Assembly: GCA_046051325.1 (NCBI GenBank)
Contig: JBJOOK010000005.1
Coordinates: 1 to 36,020, forward strand
Source of the DNA: Actinomycetota bacterium
GTDB lineage: Bacteria > Actinomycetota > Actinomycetes > S36-B12 > UBA5976
Direction of reading: 5' to 3'
DNA: 36,020 bases
The first letter of the stretch is position 1; each line of letters starts with the position of its first letter. This document shows positions 8,872 through 18,280 of this stretch, piece by piece. A model generated the notes under the pieces. The model ran no database searches and was not told the DNA's origin. It saw only the letters and a list, made by a program, of their open reading frames with translations. The translations under genes and the position numbers were made by a program.

Positions 8872-9702
8872 GTGCGCAAAATTCGTGCCGGTCTAATCCT
8901 TGGATCTGTTTTCCTACTTTCTGCTTGTTCTAAAGCTGCTCAAGATGAAACTTTGCGAATTGGATTTCCAGAACCATCAACCACTGAAGGAATCCTGATA
9001 TTAAATCTGTGGCAAGGAACTTGGATTGTTGCCCTAGGTGTGGCTGCCCTTGTTCTTGGTTTACTTTTTGCAGCACTAATTCTTTATCGTCGTAGAAGTG
9101 ATGCAGATGTTCCTAAACAAACTCGTTACAACATTCCTTTAGAAATTCTTTACACAATTGTTCCTCTAGTAATTGTGTTAGGACTTTTCTTCTTCACTGC
9201 AAGAGATCAATCAACTTTAATTAAATTAACCGGAGAACAAAAACACACAGTCAATGTTGTTGGCTTTAGATGGTCTTGGATTTTTAATTACAAAGAAGCT
9301 GGCGTTTACGAAATAGGAACCCCAGCACTTCCTCCAACTCTTTATCTGCCAGTTGATGAAAAAGTTAAATTTGAATTAACTTCACCAGATGTAATCCATT
9401 CATTCTGGGTTCCAGCATTCTTAATGAAGATGGACGTAGTTCCAGGAAGACTTAATGCTTTTGAATTAACCCCAAATAAGACTGGTGAATTTGTTGGTAA
9501 ATGTGCTGAGCTTTGTGGAGTAGATCATTCTCGAATGTTATTTAACGTCAAAGTTGTCTCTCGTGCCGAATTTGACCAACACATTGCTGATTTGAAAGCC
9601 GCAGGTCAAGTTGGTGCTTTAACATCAGGAAGAGTAGATACAAGTGGTAACCCAGATTGTCTAGGTAACCCTGAATTAGCTGGATGTAAGGCGGAAAACT
9701 AA
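8872..9702 (+). CDS. ctaC: Cytochrome c oxidase (aa3) subunit II, lipoprotein form
   Basis: CuA site HSFWVPAF ... CAELCGVDHSRM. I moved the start to GTG 8872 (VRKIRAGLILGSVFLLSAC lipobox, GAAGGAG SD upstream). The track ORF from 8590 overlaps the divergent desulfurase gene. Confidence 0.85.
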   Translation: MRKIRAGLILGSVFLLSACSKAAQDETLRIGFPEPSTTEGILILNLWQGTWIVALGVAALVLGLLFAALILYRRRSDADVPKQTRYNIPLEILYTIVPLVIVLGLFFFTARDQSTLIKLTGEQKHTVNVVGFRWSWIFNYKEAGVYEIGTPALPPTLYLPVDEKVKFELTSPDVIHSFWVPAFLMKMDVVPGRLNAFELTPNKTGEFVGKCAELCGVDHSRMLFNVKVVSRAEFDQHIADLKAAGQVGALTSGRVDTSGNPDCLGNPELAGCKAEN

Positions 9703-11424
9703 ATGACGTTAATTGAAGATCGTCCAACAGTTTCATCTCACGCTCATGCTGCAAAAAAGAACACCATGGGAAGAACCGTTGTTAAATGGATGACCTCAAC
9801 TGATCCAAAAGTAATTGGAAATCTTTATTTAATTACTTCATTTATTTTCTTCATGATTGCCGGATTAATGGCAATGGTTATCAGAGCAGAATTAGCTAGA
9901 CCTGGTTTGCAATTTGTGACAAATGAGCAATACAACCAAATGTTTACCATGCACGGAACAATCATGTTGTTCTTGTTTGCGACACCTTTGTTCGTTGGTT
10001 TTGGAAATGCCATCATGCCTATTCAAATTGGTGCACCAGATGTATCTTTCCCAAGACTTAACTTGGTTGGCTACTACATGTTCTTATTTGGCGGCCTAAT
10101 TGTTGTCTCAGGTTTCTTAACTCCAGATGGTGCTGCAAGTTTTGGTTGGTTTGCTTATGCACCACTTTCCAATGCTGTGAACTCACCAACTATTGGTGCA
10201 GATCTTTGGATTATTGGTTTGGCCATTGGTGGTCTGGGAACAATTCTTGGTGCCGTTAACTTTATTACCACTATTTTTACAATGAGAGCACCAGGAATGG
10301 TGATGTTTAGATTGCCAATTTTTACCTGGACAATTCTTTTAACAAGTGTTCTAGTTTTGATGGCTTTTCCAGTGCTGGCAGCTTCTTTAATAGTGCTACA
10401 AGTTGATAGAAGTTTTGGTGCTCAAGTATTTGAAGCTGCAAACGGTGGCGCAATATTGTGGCAACATTTATTTTGGTTCTTTGGTCATCCCGAAGTTTAT
10501 ATCATCGCTCTACCATTTTTTGGAATCATTAGCGAAGTAATTCCAGTATTTAGCCGTAAACCAATCTTTGGTTACAAAGGTTTAGTTTTTGCCACCATTG
10601 CAATTGCAGGACTTTCCGTTGCAGTGTGGGCACATCACATGTATGTCACAGGAGCTGTGTCATTGCCATTCTTTGCGTTAACCACAATGTTGATTGCTGT
10701 TCCTACGGGAGTTAAATTTTTTAACTGGATTGGCACAATGTGGCGAGGTTCAATTTCTTTTGAAACTCCAATGCTTTTTGTTATTGGATTCTTAATTACC
10801 TTTCTTTTGGGTGGATTAACTGGCGTAATGTTGGCAATGCCGCCAATTGATTTCCATGTTTCTGATTCTTATTTCGTAGTAGCTCATTTTCATTACACCG
10901 TGTTTGGAACTGTAGTTTTTGCAATGTTTGCAGGATTTTATTTCTGGTGGCCAAAATTCACCGGCAGAATGTTGGATGACTCCCTGGGCAAAATTCACTT
11001 CTGGACCGTATTTATTGGTTTTCAAGTCACATTCTTAATTCAGCATTGGTTAGGTATTAAAGGAATGCCAAGACGTTATGCCGATTATTTAGCTAGTGAT
11101 GGATTTACTTTAGGAAACACAATTTCAAGTGTTGGTTCATTCTTACTTGGAGCTTCTACATTGTTTTTCCTATGGAATGTGTACAAAACTTGGAGAACTG
11201 CACCTTTGGTAAAAGTTAATGATCCATGGGGTTGGGGAATGAGTTTGGAATGGGCGACTTCTTGTCCACCCCCAAGACACAACTTCACAGAATTGCCACG
11301 AATTAGATCAGAGCGTCCAGCATTTGATGCAGCTCATCCTGAACTTGCTGACATGGATGCACCGGTTAGAAAGAACATTTTGGATGACGCTATTGGTGGA
11401 CCAAAGTTAGGGAAAAGAATTTAA
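9703..11424 (+). CDS. ctaD: Cytochrome c oxidase subunit I
   Basis: 573 aa, 12 or more TM helices, with [10 protein letters not shown] and HHMY..G heme-copper oxidase motifs. The ATG directly abuts the ctaC stop. Confidence 0.95.
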   Translation: MTLIEDRPTVSSHAHAAKKNTMGRTVVKWMTSTDPKVIGNLYLITSFIFFMIAGLMAMVIRAELARPGLQFVTNEQYNQMFTMHGTIMLFLFATPLFVGFGNAIMPIQIGAPDVSFPRLNLVGYYMFLFGGLIVVSGFLTPDGAASFGWFAYAPLSNAVNSPTIGADLWIIGLAIGGLGTILGAVNFITTIFTMRAPGMVMFRLPIFTWTILLTSVLVLMAFPVLAASLIVLQVDRSFGAQVFEAANGGAILWQHLFWFFGHPEVYIIALPFFGIISEVIPVFSRKPIFGYKGLVFATIAIAGLSVAVWAHHMYVTGAVSLPFFALTTMLIAVPTGVKFFNWIGTMWRGSISFETPMLFVIGFLITFLLGGLTGVMLAMPPIDFHVSDSYFVVAHFHYTVFGTVVFAMFAGFYFWWPKFTGRMLDDSLGKIHFWTVFIGFQVTFLIQHWLGIKGMPRRYADYLASDGFTLGNTISSVGSFLLGASTLFFLWNVYKTWRTAPLVKVNDPWGWGMSLEWATSCPPPRHNFTELPRIRSERPAFDAAHPELADMDAPVRKNILDDAIGGPKLGKRI

Positions 11425-11832
11425 ATGAAATCTGGTGGATACCTATTTCTTCTAGGTGGAATTTTCTACATAATCACCGGTGCAATTTATTACGCGGTAA
11501 CTAGAGAACCAGTTGGAACCACTGCTTTAATTTTGACAGCAGGACTTGCTGAACTTGTGGCATTTTACTTACTTTTTACTCAAAACAGAATTGGTTACCA
11601 ACCAGAAGATAACTCTGAAGCAGAACAAAATGAAGCACCAGCTGATTATGGTTTCTACTCACCTCACTCATGGTGGCCAATGATCGTGGCCGGAGCTACA
11701 GCAATTACTTTCTTAGGTTTGATTTTTGCGGTGTGGATTTTGTTATTAGGTCTTGGTTTAGTGCTGTTTGCTGTTTGGGGTTGGTTATTTGAATATTGGA
11801 AGTTTGAAAGAGTAGAGCCGATAAGGCATTAA
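11425..11832 (+). CDS. ctaF: Cytochrome c oxidase subunit IV (actinobacterial CtaF type)
   Basis: 135-aa, 4-TM protein. The ATG directly abuts the ctaD stop. Size and position match CtaF. Confidence 0.75.
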   Translation: MKSGGYLFLLGGIFYIITGAIYYAVTREPVGTTALILTAGLAELVAFYLLFTQNRIGYQPEDNSEAEQNEAPADYGFYSPHSWWPMIVAGATAITFLGLIFAVWILLLGLGLVLFAVWGWLFEYWKFERVEPIRH

Positions 11833-11833
11833 G

Positions 11834-13126
11834 TTGAAAAAATTTCAGAGAAATGAAAATAATTCCTCTCAAAGTACTCAGTTAAATCGAATTTCACCTC
11901 TTGCAGATTTTTTCAAGCAAGAATCAGCTTCAGGAAAACTAATTGTTTTTGCATCCCTCTTGGGATTAATCGTTGCCAATAGTTCTTGGGGTAAAAGCTA
12001 TTTTCAAATCTTAGAGTCAACATTTTCATTCTCCTTATCAGCATTTAGCTTTGAAATGGACTTAATACATTTTGTAAATGATGGACTGATGACAATTTTC
12101 TTTTTCGTAGTGGGCCTAGAAATAAAAAGAGAACTAGTGGAGGGGCATTTATCAACACTTAAAAATGCAGCTTTGCCTTTCTTTGCAGCAATTGGAGGAA
12201 TGCTTGTTCCTGCTCTGATTTATCTGTCTATCGCTGGAGACTCTTATAGTTCAGGATGGGCAATACCTGTTGCCACAGATATTGCATTGGCAGTTGGAGT
12301 TTTGGGATTAATTGGCAGTAAAAGTATTTCAATTCTAAGACCATTTCTACTGGGGCTTGCAGTAATTGATGACATAGGTGCAATTTTAATTATTGCCGTT
12401 TTCTTTTCGGTTGGGATTAATTTCTCCTGGTTATTAGCAGCTGGAGTTTTAGTTTTAATTGTGGTTTTAACTAAATATTTAGATATTAGATTCACAATTG
12501 TTTACATCTTTTTAGGATTAATTCTTTGGTTGTGTCTTTATAAATCTGGCGTGCATCCCACCATGGCAGGAGTAATTCTAGGTCTACTTGCACCAGCTAT
12601 TCCATTTATTTCTAAAGAGTACGTAGACACAGAAGAATTAGTGAACCTATCGAGTGCAGAACACGTTGCCAATACCAAGAAAATTGCTAAAAACTCTGTC
12701 TCTGTAGTGGAATGGCTTTTGCACCAAATACATCCCTGGACGGCCTTTCTAATTGTTCCGCTCTTTGCATTTGCAAATTCTGGAATAGTAATTTCTTCGC
12801 AAAGTTTGCAGGAGGCACTGAATTCTCCGCTAGCTTGGGCAATTTTTGTAGGACTAGTCGCTGGAAAACCTTTAGGAATTTTAGCTTTTAGTTTTGTGGC
12901 CATTAAATCAAATGTGGGAGCGTTGTCTGGAACAGTTAAATGGCGAGAGATCTTTGCAACTGGAAGCTCTGCTGGTATTGGTTTTACTGTTTCGATCTTT
13001 ATTGCCAAACTTGCCTTTACTGATCAAAATTTACAAAACCTTGCCATCTTGAGTGTCTTGGTTGCTTCGGTATTTAGCGGAGTTCTATCCCTGCTCTTAT
13101 TCAAATTGGGAACTTCGCGAAAATAA
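11834..13126 (+). CDS. nhaA: Na+/H+ antiporter NhaA
   Basis: 430 aa with FFFVVGLEIKREL and PVATDIALAVGVL (NhaA DD-region equivalents). TTG start 1 nt after the ctaF stop, with no in-frame ATG nearby. Confidence 0.85.
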   Translation: MKKFQRNENNSSQSTQLNRISPLADFFKQESASGKLIVFASLLGLIVANSSWGKSYFQILESTFSFSLSAFSFEMDLIHFVNDGLMTIFFFVVGLEIKRELVEGHLSTLKNAALPFFAAIGGMLVPALIYLSIAGDSYSSGWAIPVATDIALAVGVLGLIGSKSISILRPFLLGLAVIDDIGAILIIAVFFSVGINFSWLLAAGVLVLIVVLTKYLDIRFTIVYIFLGLILWLCLYKSGVHPTMAGVILGLLAPAIPFISKEYVDTEELVNLSSAEHVANTKKIAKNSVSVVEWLLHQIHPWTAFLIVPLFAFANSGIVISSQSLQEALNSPLAWAIFVGLVAGKPLGILAFSFVAIKSNVGALSGTVKWREIFATGSSAGIGFTVSIFIAKLAFTDQNLQNLAILSVLVASVFSGVLSLLLFKLGTSRK

Positions 13127-13131
13127 CTGCC

Positions 13132-13151
13132 TTTGTGCCTTCAGGCACAAA
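13132..13151 (+). terminator. Putative intrinsic terminator after nhaA
   Basis: TTTGTGCC-ttca-GGCACAAA, an 8-bp stem 5 nt after the nhaA stop, followed by the pyrimidine-rich CTTCTCTC. The U-tract is weak. Confidence 0.5.
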
Positions 13152-13284
13152 CTTCTCTCACGAGGGGTGAAAAAATGTCCAAAAATTATTACGAAAACTC
13201 TTTCATTTGTTCACAATCTTCCTGTATGAATACCTACTAAGCGCTTAGTCGTGATCGTCATGACTGCTCTGGGAGGTGCGCTGC

Positions 13285-14793
13285 ATGGCTGGAAATTCTG
13301 CACATCATGCCGAGGACGTAAAACGTCTGGCTGAGCTGGGTTACAAACAGCAATTCGAACGTAAGTGGAGTGGGTTCTCAAACTTCGCTGTTTCGTTCTC
13401 AATCATTTCAATCTTGTCTGGATGTTTCACAACATTTAGCCAGGCCTGGAACAACGGTGGTCCAGTTGCAATTTCTGTTGGCTGGCCAATCATTGCTTCA
13501 CTAATTTTGATCATCGGTTTTTGTATGGCTGAACTTGTTTCTGCCATGCCAACTGCTGGTGGTATTTACTACTGGTCATTCAAGTTAGGTAAACCTGTTC
13601 ATGGTTGGCTAACTGGTTGGCTAAACCTTGTTGGTTTGATTGCTGTTATTGCTGGTGTGGATTATGGTTTTGCAACCTTCTTCACCTTCACTGTCAGCTT
13701 GTTCAATCCAGCATGGAGCATTGAAAACTTAAGTCTTGTTTTCATGGTGTTCTTGGTAACAGTTATCACTCACGTTCTAATTAACGTGTTTGGCGCCAAG
13801 ATTATTCATTGGATGCAAAACGTAAACGTTTACTGGCACGTTGTTGGTGTAACAGCAATCGTTTTGATTTTGGTATTCATTCCAGAACAACATCAATCAC
13901 TTGAATGGATGTTCACCACCCAAATCAATAACAGCGGTTGGACAAGTTACTGGTTCTACGTGTTGCCACTTGGCTTCTTGTTGACCCAATACACAATCAC
14001 TGGTTTTGATGCTTCAGCTCACGTTTCTGAAGAAACTTCAAACGCCTCTATCGCTGCTGCTAAAGGAATTTGGCAATCAATTTTCTACGCAGGTCTCGGT
14101 GGATGGATCTTGTTGCTTGCCATGCTTTATGCAGCAACAAACGTTGAAGAAATTAACAAGAACTTTGGTTTCTCACCAATCGTTCTTTTGACTTCTTTGC
14201 CACAAAACTTCGCGGTAATCATTTTGGTTATCTCATGTGTTGGTCAATATCTATGCGGTATGTCTTGCGTAACTGCAGCATCTCGTATGTTGTTTGCCTT
14301 CTCACGTGACGGAGCGGTTCCTGGAAGCAAATGGTTGAAGAAAGTTGACGGAAACAAGAACCCATCAAATGCAGCAGTAGGTGCAGCACTTGGTGCGATC
14401 GTGTTAACTCTTCCAGCTCTTTATGCACCTGAAGGAACAGTTGTTCCGGTTGCATTCTTTGCTGTAACTTCTGTAACAGTGATTGGTTTGTTCGTATCAT
14501 TTGCAATTCCAATTTATCTACGTTGGAGAATGGGCGACAAATTCAAACAAGGTCCATGGAACTTAGGTAACAAATGGAAATGGATGGCACCAGTTGCAGT
14601 TCTAGAAATTGCAATTATTTCTATCTACTTCATGTTGCCAACTACACCAGCAGGTATGCCAGGTAATGAAAACTTCACCTGGTTGGCCTTCCAATATTCA
14701 CCAATTGCGATGTTGATTGTTATCGGCGGAGCAATGATTTGGTGGTATGCAGGTGCACGCAAATGGTTTAAGGGTCCTAAGTCAGACCTCTAA
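13285..14793 (+). CDS. APC-superfamily amino acid/polyamine permease
   Basis: About 502 aa and 12 TM helices, with an N-terminal LGYKQQFERKWSGFSNFAVSFSIIS block typical of APC permeases. I prefer ATG 13285 because GGGAGG lies 8 nt upstream. The GTG at 13276 on the track overlaps that SD. Confidence 0.85.
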   Translation: MAGNSAHHAEDVKRLAELGYKQQFERKWSGFSNFAVSFSIISILSGCFTTFSQAWNNGGPVAISVGWPIIASLILIIGFCMAELVSAMPTAGGIYYWSFKLGKPVHGWLTGWLNLVGLIAVIAGVDYGFATFFTFTVSLFNPAWSIENLSLVFMVFLVTVITHVLINVFGAKIIHWMQNVNVYWHVVGVTAIVLILVFIPEQHQSLEWMFTTQINNSGWTSYWFYVLPLGFLLTQYTITGFDASAHVSEETSNASIAAAKGIWQSIFYAGLGGWILLLAMLYAATNVEEINKNFGFSPIVLLTSLPQNFAVIILVISCVGQYLCGMSCVTAASRMLFAFSRDGAVPGSKWLKKVDGNKNPSNAAVGAALGAIVLTLPALYAPEGTVVPVAFFAVTSVTVIGLFVSFAIPIYLRWRMGDKFKQGPWNLGNKWKWMAPVAVLEIAIISIYFMLPTTPAGMPGNENFTWLAFQYSPIAMLIVIGGAMIWWYAGARKWFKGPKSDL

Positions 14794-14809
14794 ATCATTA
14801 AAAACTATT

Positions 14810-14852
14810 AATGGGTTTGCTCTAGTTTTTCTAGGGCAAACCCATTAGTTTT
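14810..14852 (+). terminator. Intrinsic terminator after the permease gene
   Basis: AATGGGTTTGC(t)CTAG-ttttt-CTAG(g)GCAAACCCATT, a long near-perfect stem followed by AGTTTT. Confidence 0.75.
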
Positions 14853-14877
14853 AGGTTTAACAAACAAAGGATTAAAA

Positions 14878-15642
14878 ATGGGTCGGGTTCAAGATAAATC
14901 TTGTGTAGTAACAGGTGCTGGATCTGGAATTGGTAAAGCAACTGCTCTTCGTCTAGCTGAAGAAGGCGGCAAGGTTGTTGTTTCAGATATTAACTTTGAA
15001 AGTGCTCAAAAAGTTGCTGATGAAATCAAAAAATCAGGTGGCGTAGCTATAGCTCATAAGACTGATGTTTCAGATTTTAAGCATTGTGAAGATTTGATTG
15101 AAACTTGTGTAAAGGAATTTGGCACAGTACACGTTGTAGTAAACAGTGCTGGGGTAAATATTCCTGGAGTTTTTCATGAAGTATCAAATGAAATTATTGA
15201 TAAAACCTTAAACGTTAACCTCAAAGGTTCAATGTATACCTGCAGAGCTGCTATTCCTCATATGTTGAAGCATAAGAATGGATCATTAGTAAATATTTCA
15301 AGTGTGAATGGAATTGTTTCTGAACCATTCTTGACTGTTTATTCTGCCTCTAAAGGTGGAGTGGTGATGTTAACAAAAGGTATTGCACTTGATTATGCAA
15401 AATTAGGCATTAGATGCAATGCCATATGTCCTGGTTGGGTTGATACACCGATTAATTATGCACACGCGGAAATGATGGGTGGATTAGACAAGATTTATAA
15501 AGAAATCGGAAATTTCCAGCCAATTGGTAGACCTGGAGAACCTATTGAAATTGCTCACCTTGCTTTATTTTTAGCAAGTGATGAAGCCTCATTTATGACA
15601 GGTTCAATTGTCTCTGCTGATGGTGGAATGACTGCTCAGTAG
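14878..15642 (+). CDS. Short-chain dehydrogenase/reductase (SDR) family oxidoreductase
   Basis: 254 aa with TGAGSGIGKA (the cofactor-binding TGxxxGxG motif), NSAG and the YSASKGG catalytic Tyr-x3-Lys. Confidence 0.9.
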   Translation: MGRVQDKSCVVTGAGSGIGKATALRLAEEGGKVVVSDINFESAQKVADEIKKSGGVAIAHKTDVSDFKHCEDLIETCVKEFGTVHVVVNSAGVNIPGVFHEVSNEIIDKTLNVNLKGSMYTCRAAIPHMLKHKNGSLVNISSVNGIVSEPFLTVYSASKGGVVMLTKGIALDYAKLGIRCNAICPGWVDTPINYAHAEMMGGLDKIYKEIGNFQPIGRPGEPIEIAHLALFLASDEASFMTGSIVSADGGMTAQ

Positions 15643-15652
15643 ACTTAACAAC

Positions 15653-16931
15653 ATGTCAACACCGTCTCCTGGATATGCGGTAACAATTCGTGTTGAACTT
15701 TCTGCCACAGCAGATTCCACTGGGGGATTAACAGCAGCAGTTTCAAATGCTGGTGCATCCTTAACTGCTTTAGACGTTGTTGAATCAACTCATAATTCAA
15801 TTGTTGTTGACGTAACTTGTAATGCCACTGATGAAGATCATGCCAAGAAAATCACGGACAGTATTTCAAAACTTGAAGGTGCCACAGTTAAGAAAGTTTC
15901 TGACAGAACTTTCTTGATTCATTTAGGTGGAAAATTAGAAGTTCATTCCAAAGTGCCATTAAAGACTCGTGATGATCTTTCCCGTGCCTACACTCCAGGG
16001 GTAGCAAGAATTTCTCAAGCAATTGCAGATGATCCTGCAAACTTAAGAAGATTAACAATTAAGAGAAATACCGTGGCTGTTGTCACCGATGGTTCAGCTG
16101 TCCTTGGTTTAGGAAACTTAGGCGCTGCAGCAGCTCTTCCGGTAATGGAAGGAAAAGCTGCTTTATTTAAAAGATTTGCCGATATTGATGCCTGGCCAGT
16201 TTGTATTGACTCTCAAGACGTAGATGAGATTGTAAGAACTGTGCAATTGATTGCCCCGGTATACGGAGGAATCAATTTGGAAGATATTTCTGCTCCAAGA
16301 TGCTTTGAGGTAGAAGCACGGTTAAGATGATTCCATCAAGGTTGTTATGACCGGAGCTGGAGCTGCTGGAACTGCTATTGCCAGGTTATTAATTAGAAGT
16401 GGATTGAAAGACTTGATTGTGTTTAACCATTCAGGGGCTATCCATAAAGGATCCTCAGAAGCAATTGACTCTCAATGGTTGGTTGAAAACACCAATAAGA
16501 ATAATTTCGATGGCACAATTGGCCAAGCTCTTGTGGGAGCAGATGTTTTCATAGGTGTGAGTGCTCCAGATATTTTGACTGAAGCAGATATTAAGCAAAT
16601 GGCACCTAAATCTATTGTCTTTGCTTTAGCTAATCCAAATCCAGAAATTGATCCATTAATTGCCAGAAAATATGCAGCAGTTGTAGCAACTGGCAGAAGT
16701 GATTATCCAAACCAGATAAATAACGTCTTGGCATTTCCAGGAATATTTAGAGGGCTTCTTGATGCTCAAGCCAAAAATGTCACTGACGAAGTTTTAGTAG
16801 CAGCAGCTAAAGCCATTGCTGAACGAGTAAGCAGTGATCAATTGAATGCTTCATTTATTGTGCCAAGTGTGTTTGATCCAGCAGTTGCACCTGCTGTTGC
16901 TCAAGCTGTTCGTGCAACTTTAGGTAAATAA
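15653..16931 (+). pseudogene. NAD(P)-dependent malic enzyme with N-terminal ACT domain, disrupted by an internal deletion plus frameshift
   Basis: ORF 15653-16330 ends at ...APRCFEVEARLR*. A second ORF in another frame resumes at (DDS)IKVVMTGAGAAGTAIARLL. The segment that normally lies between them (..DIPVFHDDQHGTA.. through the linker before the GAGAAG Rossmann loop) is missing. Confidence 0.8.
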
Positions 16932-16936
16932 AGGGC

Positions 16937-18271
16937 TTAAACCACAGTAGGTTGTGGATTTCCAGATTCTGTTATTGCTTGTCTGATATTTACTCTTAGT
17001 AACAACAATCCACCCACGATAAAGAAAGCAATAATTAACAACACACTTTGTCGATAAGAGCCTGTTAAACCAAATGCCACACCAAAAGCAAATGTTCCTA
17101 ACCAACTGGTACCGCGTTCACTAATTTCATAAAACGAAAAGTATTGTGCTTCACGTGATCTTGGAATTACTTGTGAATACAAAGATCTAGACAAAGCTTG
17201 ACTTCCACCCAAAACAAAACCAATTCCTGCTGCAATTACTAGATAAGGATTTTGTTGACCCGCTGGAAGCGCGTAAGTAATAATTACCATTAGAGTCCAA
17301 ATAACAAGAGTTAGTAAGATAACTTTTTTAGCCCCAATAGAATTTGATAATCTTCCTAAGAGAAGTGCTCCAATTAGGGCAGTAATTTGCACAAGTAATA
17401 TGGCAAACACTAACGAAATCTCAGTTAGTTTTAATTCTAAGATTGCATAAGTTCCTGAAATTGCAATAACAGTTTGAATTCCATCGTTGTAAAATAAATA
17501 AGCAATTAAAAACTTTAATGTCTCAGGATATTTACGCACATCTTTTAATGTCACTTTTAATTCTTTAAATCCTACGGTTAATGCTTGTGATCCAACTGCA
17601 CCTACAGGTCTATTTAAAGTTCTTAAGCCCCTAACTGTGATGATGGTAAAAATTGCCCACCAAACTCCAGCAGACATTAAAGAGATTCGAACGGCTTCAC
17701 CTTGAGTTACCCCAAAGGATTCATAACCTGCGTACAAAACAAGATTAAGTAGAAGTAGTAATCCACCACCGGCATAACCAAAAGCCCACCCACGCGATGA
17801 AACCGTATCTCTTTTATCAGGTGCTGCTAAATCCTGTAAATAAGAATTTGCCACAACTAGAGCTGCACCAAAAGAAATGTTGGCAACGATTAAAAGAAAA
17901 GCACCTAATGCATATCGGCCATCTTTTACAAAATATAAAAACATTGTGGAAATAGATCCAATGTAGGCAAATACTGCCAACAATCCATTTCTACTTTTAA
18001 TGCGATCTGCAATTCCACCAACGATTGGTAAGAGAAAAACTTGCGCAAATACAGAAAAAGAAACTGCATAAGGATAAAGAGATCCAGGGCGCATATCTAA
18101 TCCCCAAAGCGAAATCATTCCTGAAGCATCAGCTCCACTTTCAGCAACAGATGTTAAATAAGGTCCAATAAAAAGACTGATAACAGTTGTAGAAAAAGCT
18201 GAATTTGCCCAGTCGTACAAATACCAACTGCGACGAACGCCTTTCTTTGTAAGAAAGCCGTCTGTGGTCAA
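16937..18271 (-). CDS. MFS transporter, UMF1 (Atg22-like) family
   Basis: 444 aa, about 12 TM helices, with N-terminal SWYLYDWANSAFSTTV typical of UMF1 transporters. TTG start whose SD (AAGGAAG) overlaps the stop of the upstream lipoprotein gene. Confidence 0.8.
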   Translation of the reverse strand: MTTDGFLTKKGVRRSWYLYDWANSAFSTTVISLFIGPYLTSVAESGADASGMISLWGLDMRPGSLYPYAVSFSVFAQVFLLPIVGGIADRIKSRNGLLAVFAYIGSISTMFLYFVKDGRYALGAFLLIVANISFGAALVVANSYLQDLAAPDKRDTVSSRGWAFGYAGGGLLLLLNLVLYAGYESFGVTQGEAVRISLMSAGVWWAIFTIITVRGLRTLNRPVGAVGSQALTVGFKELKVTLKDVRKYPETLKFLIAYLFYNDGIQTVIAISGTYAILELKLTEISLVFAILLVQITALIGALLLGRLSNSIGAKKVILLTLVIWTLMVIITYALPAGQQNPYLVIAAGIGFVLGGSQALSRSLYSQVIPRSREAQYFSFYEISERGTSWLGTFAFGVAFGLTGSYRQSVLLIIAFFIVGGLLLLRVNIRQAITESGNPQPTVV

Positions 18272-18280
18272 AATACTTCC

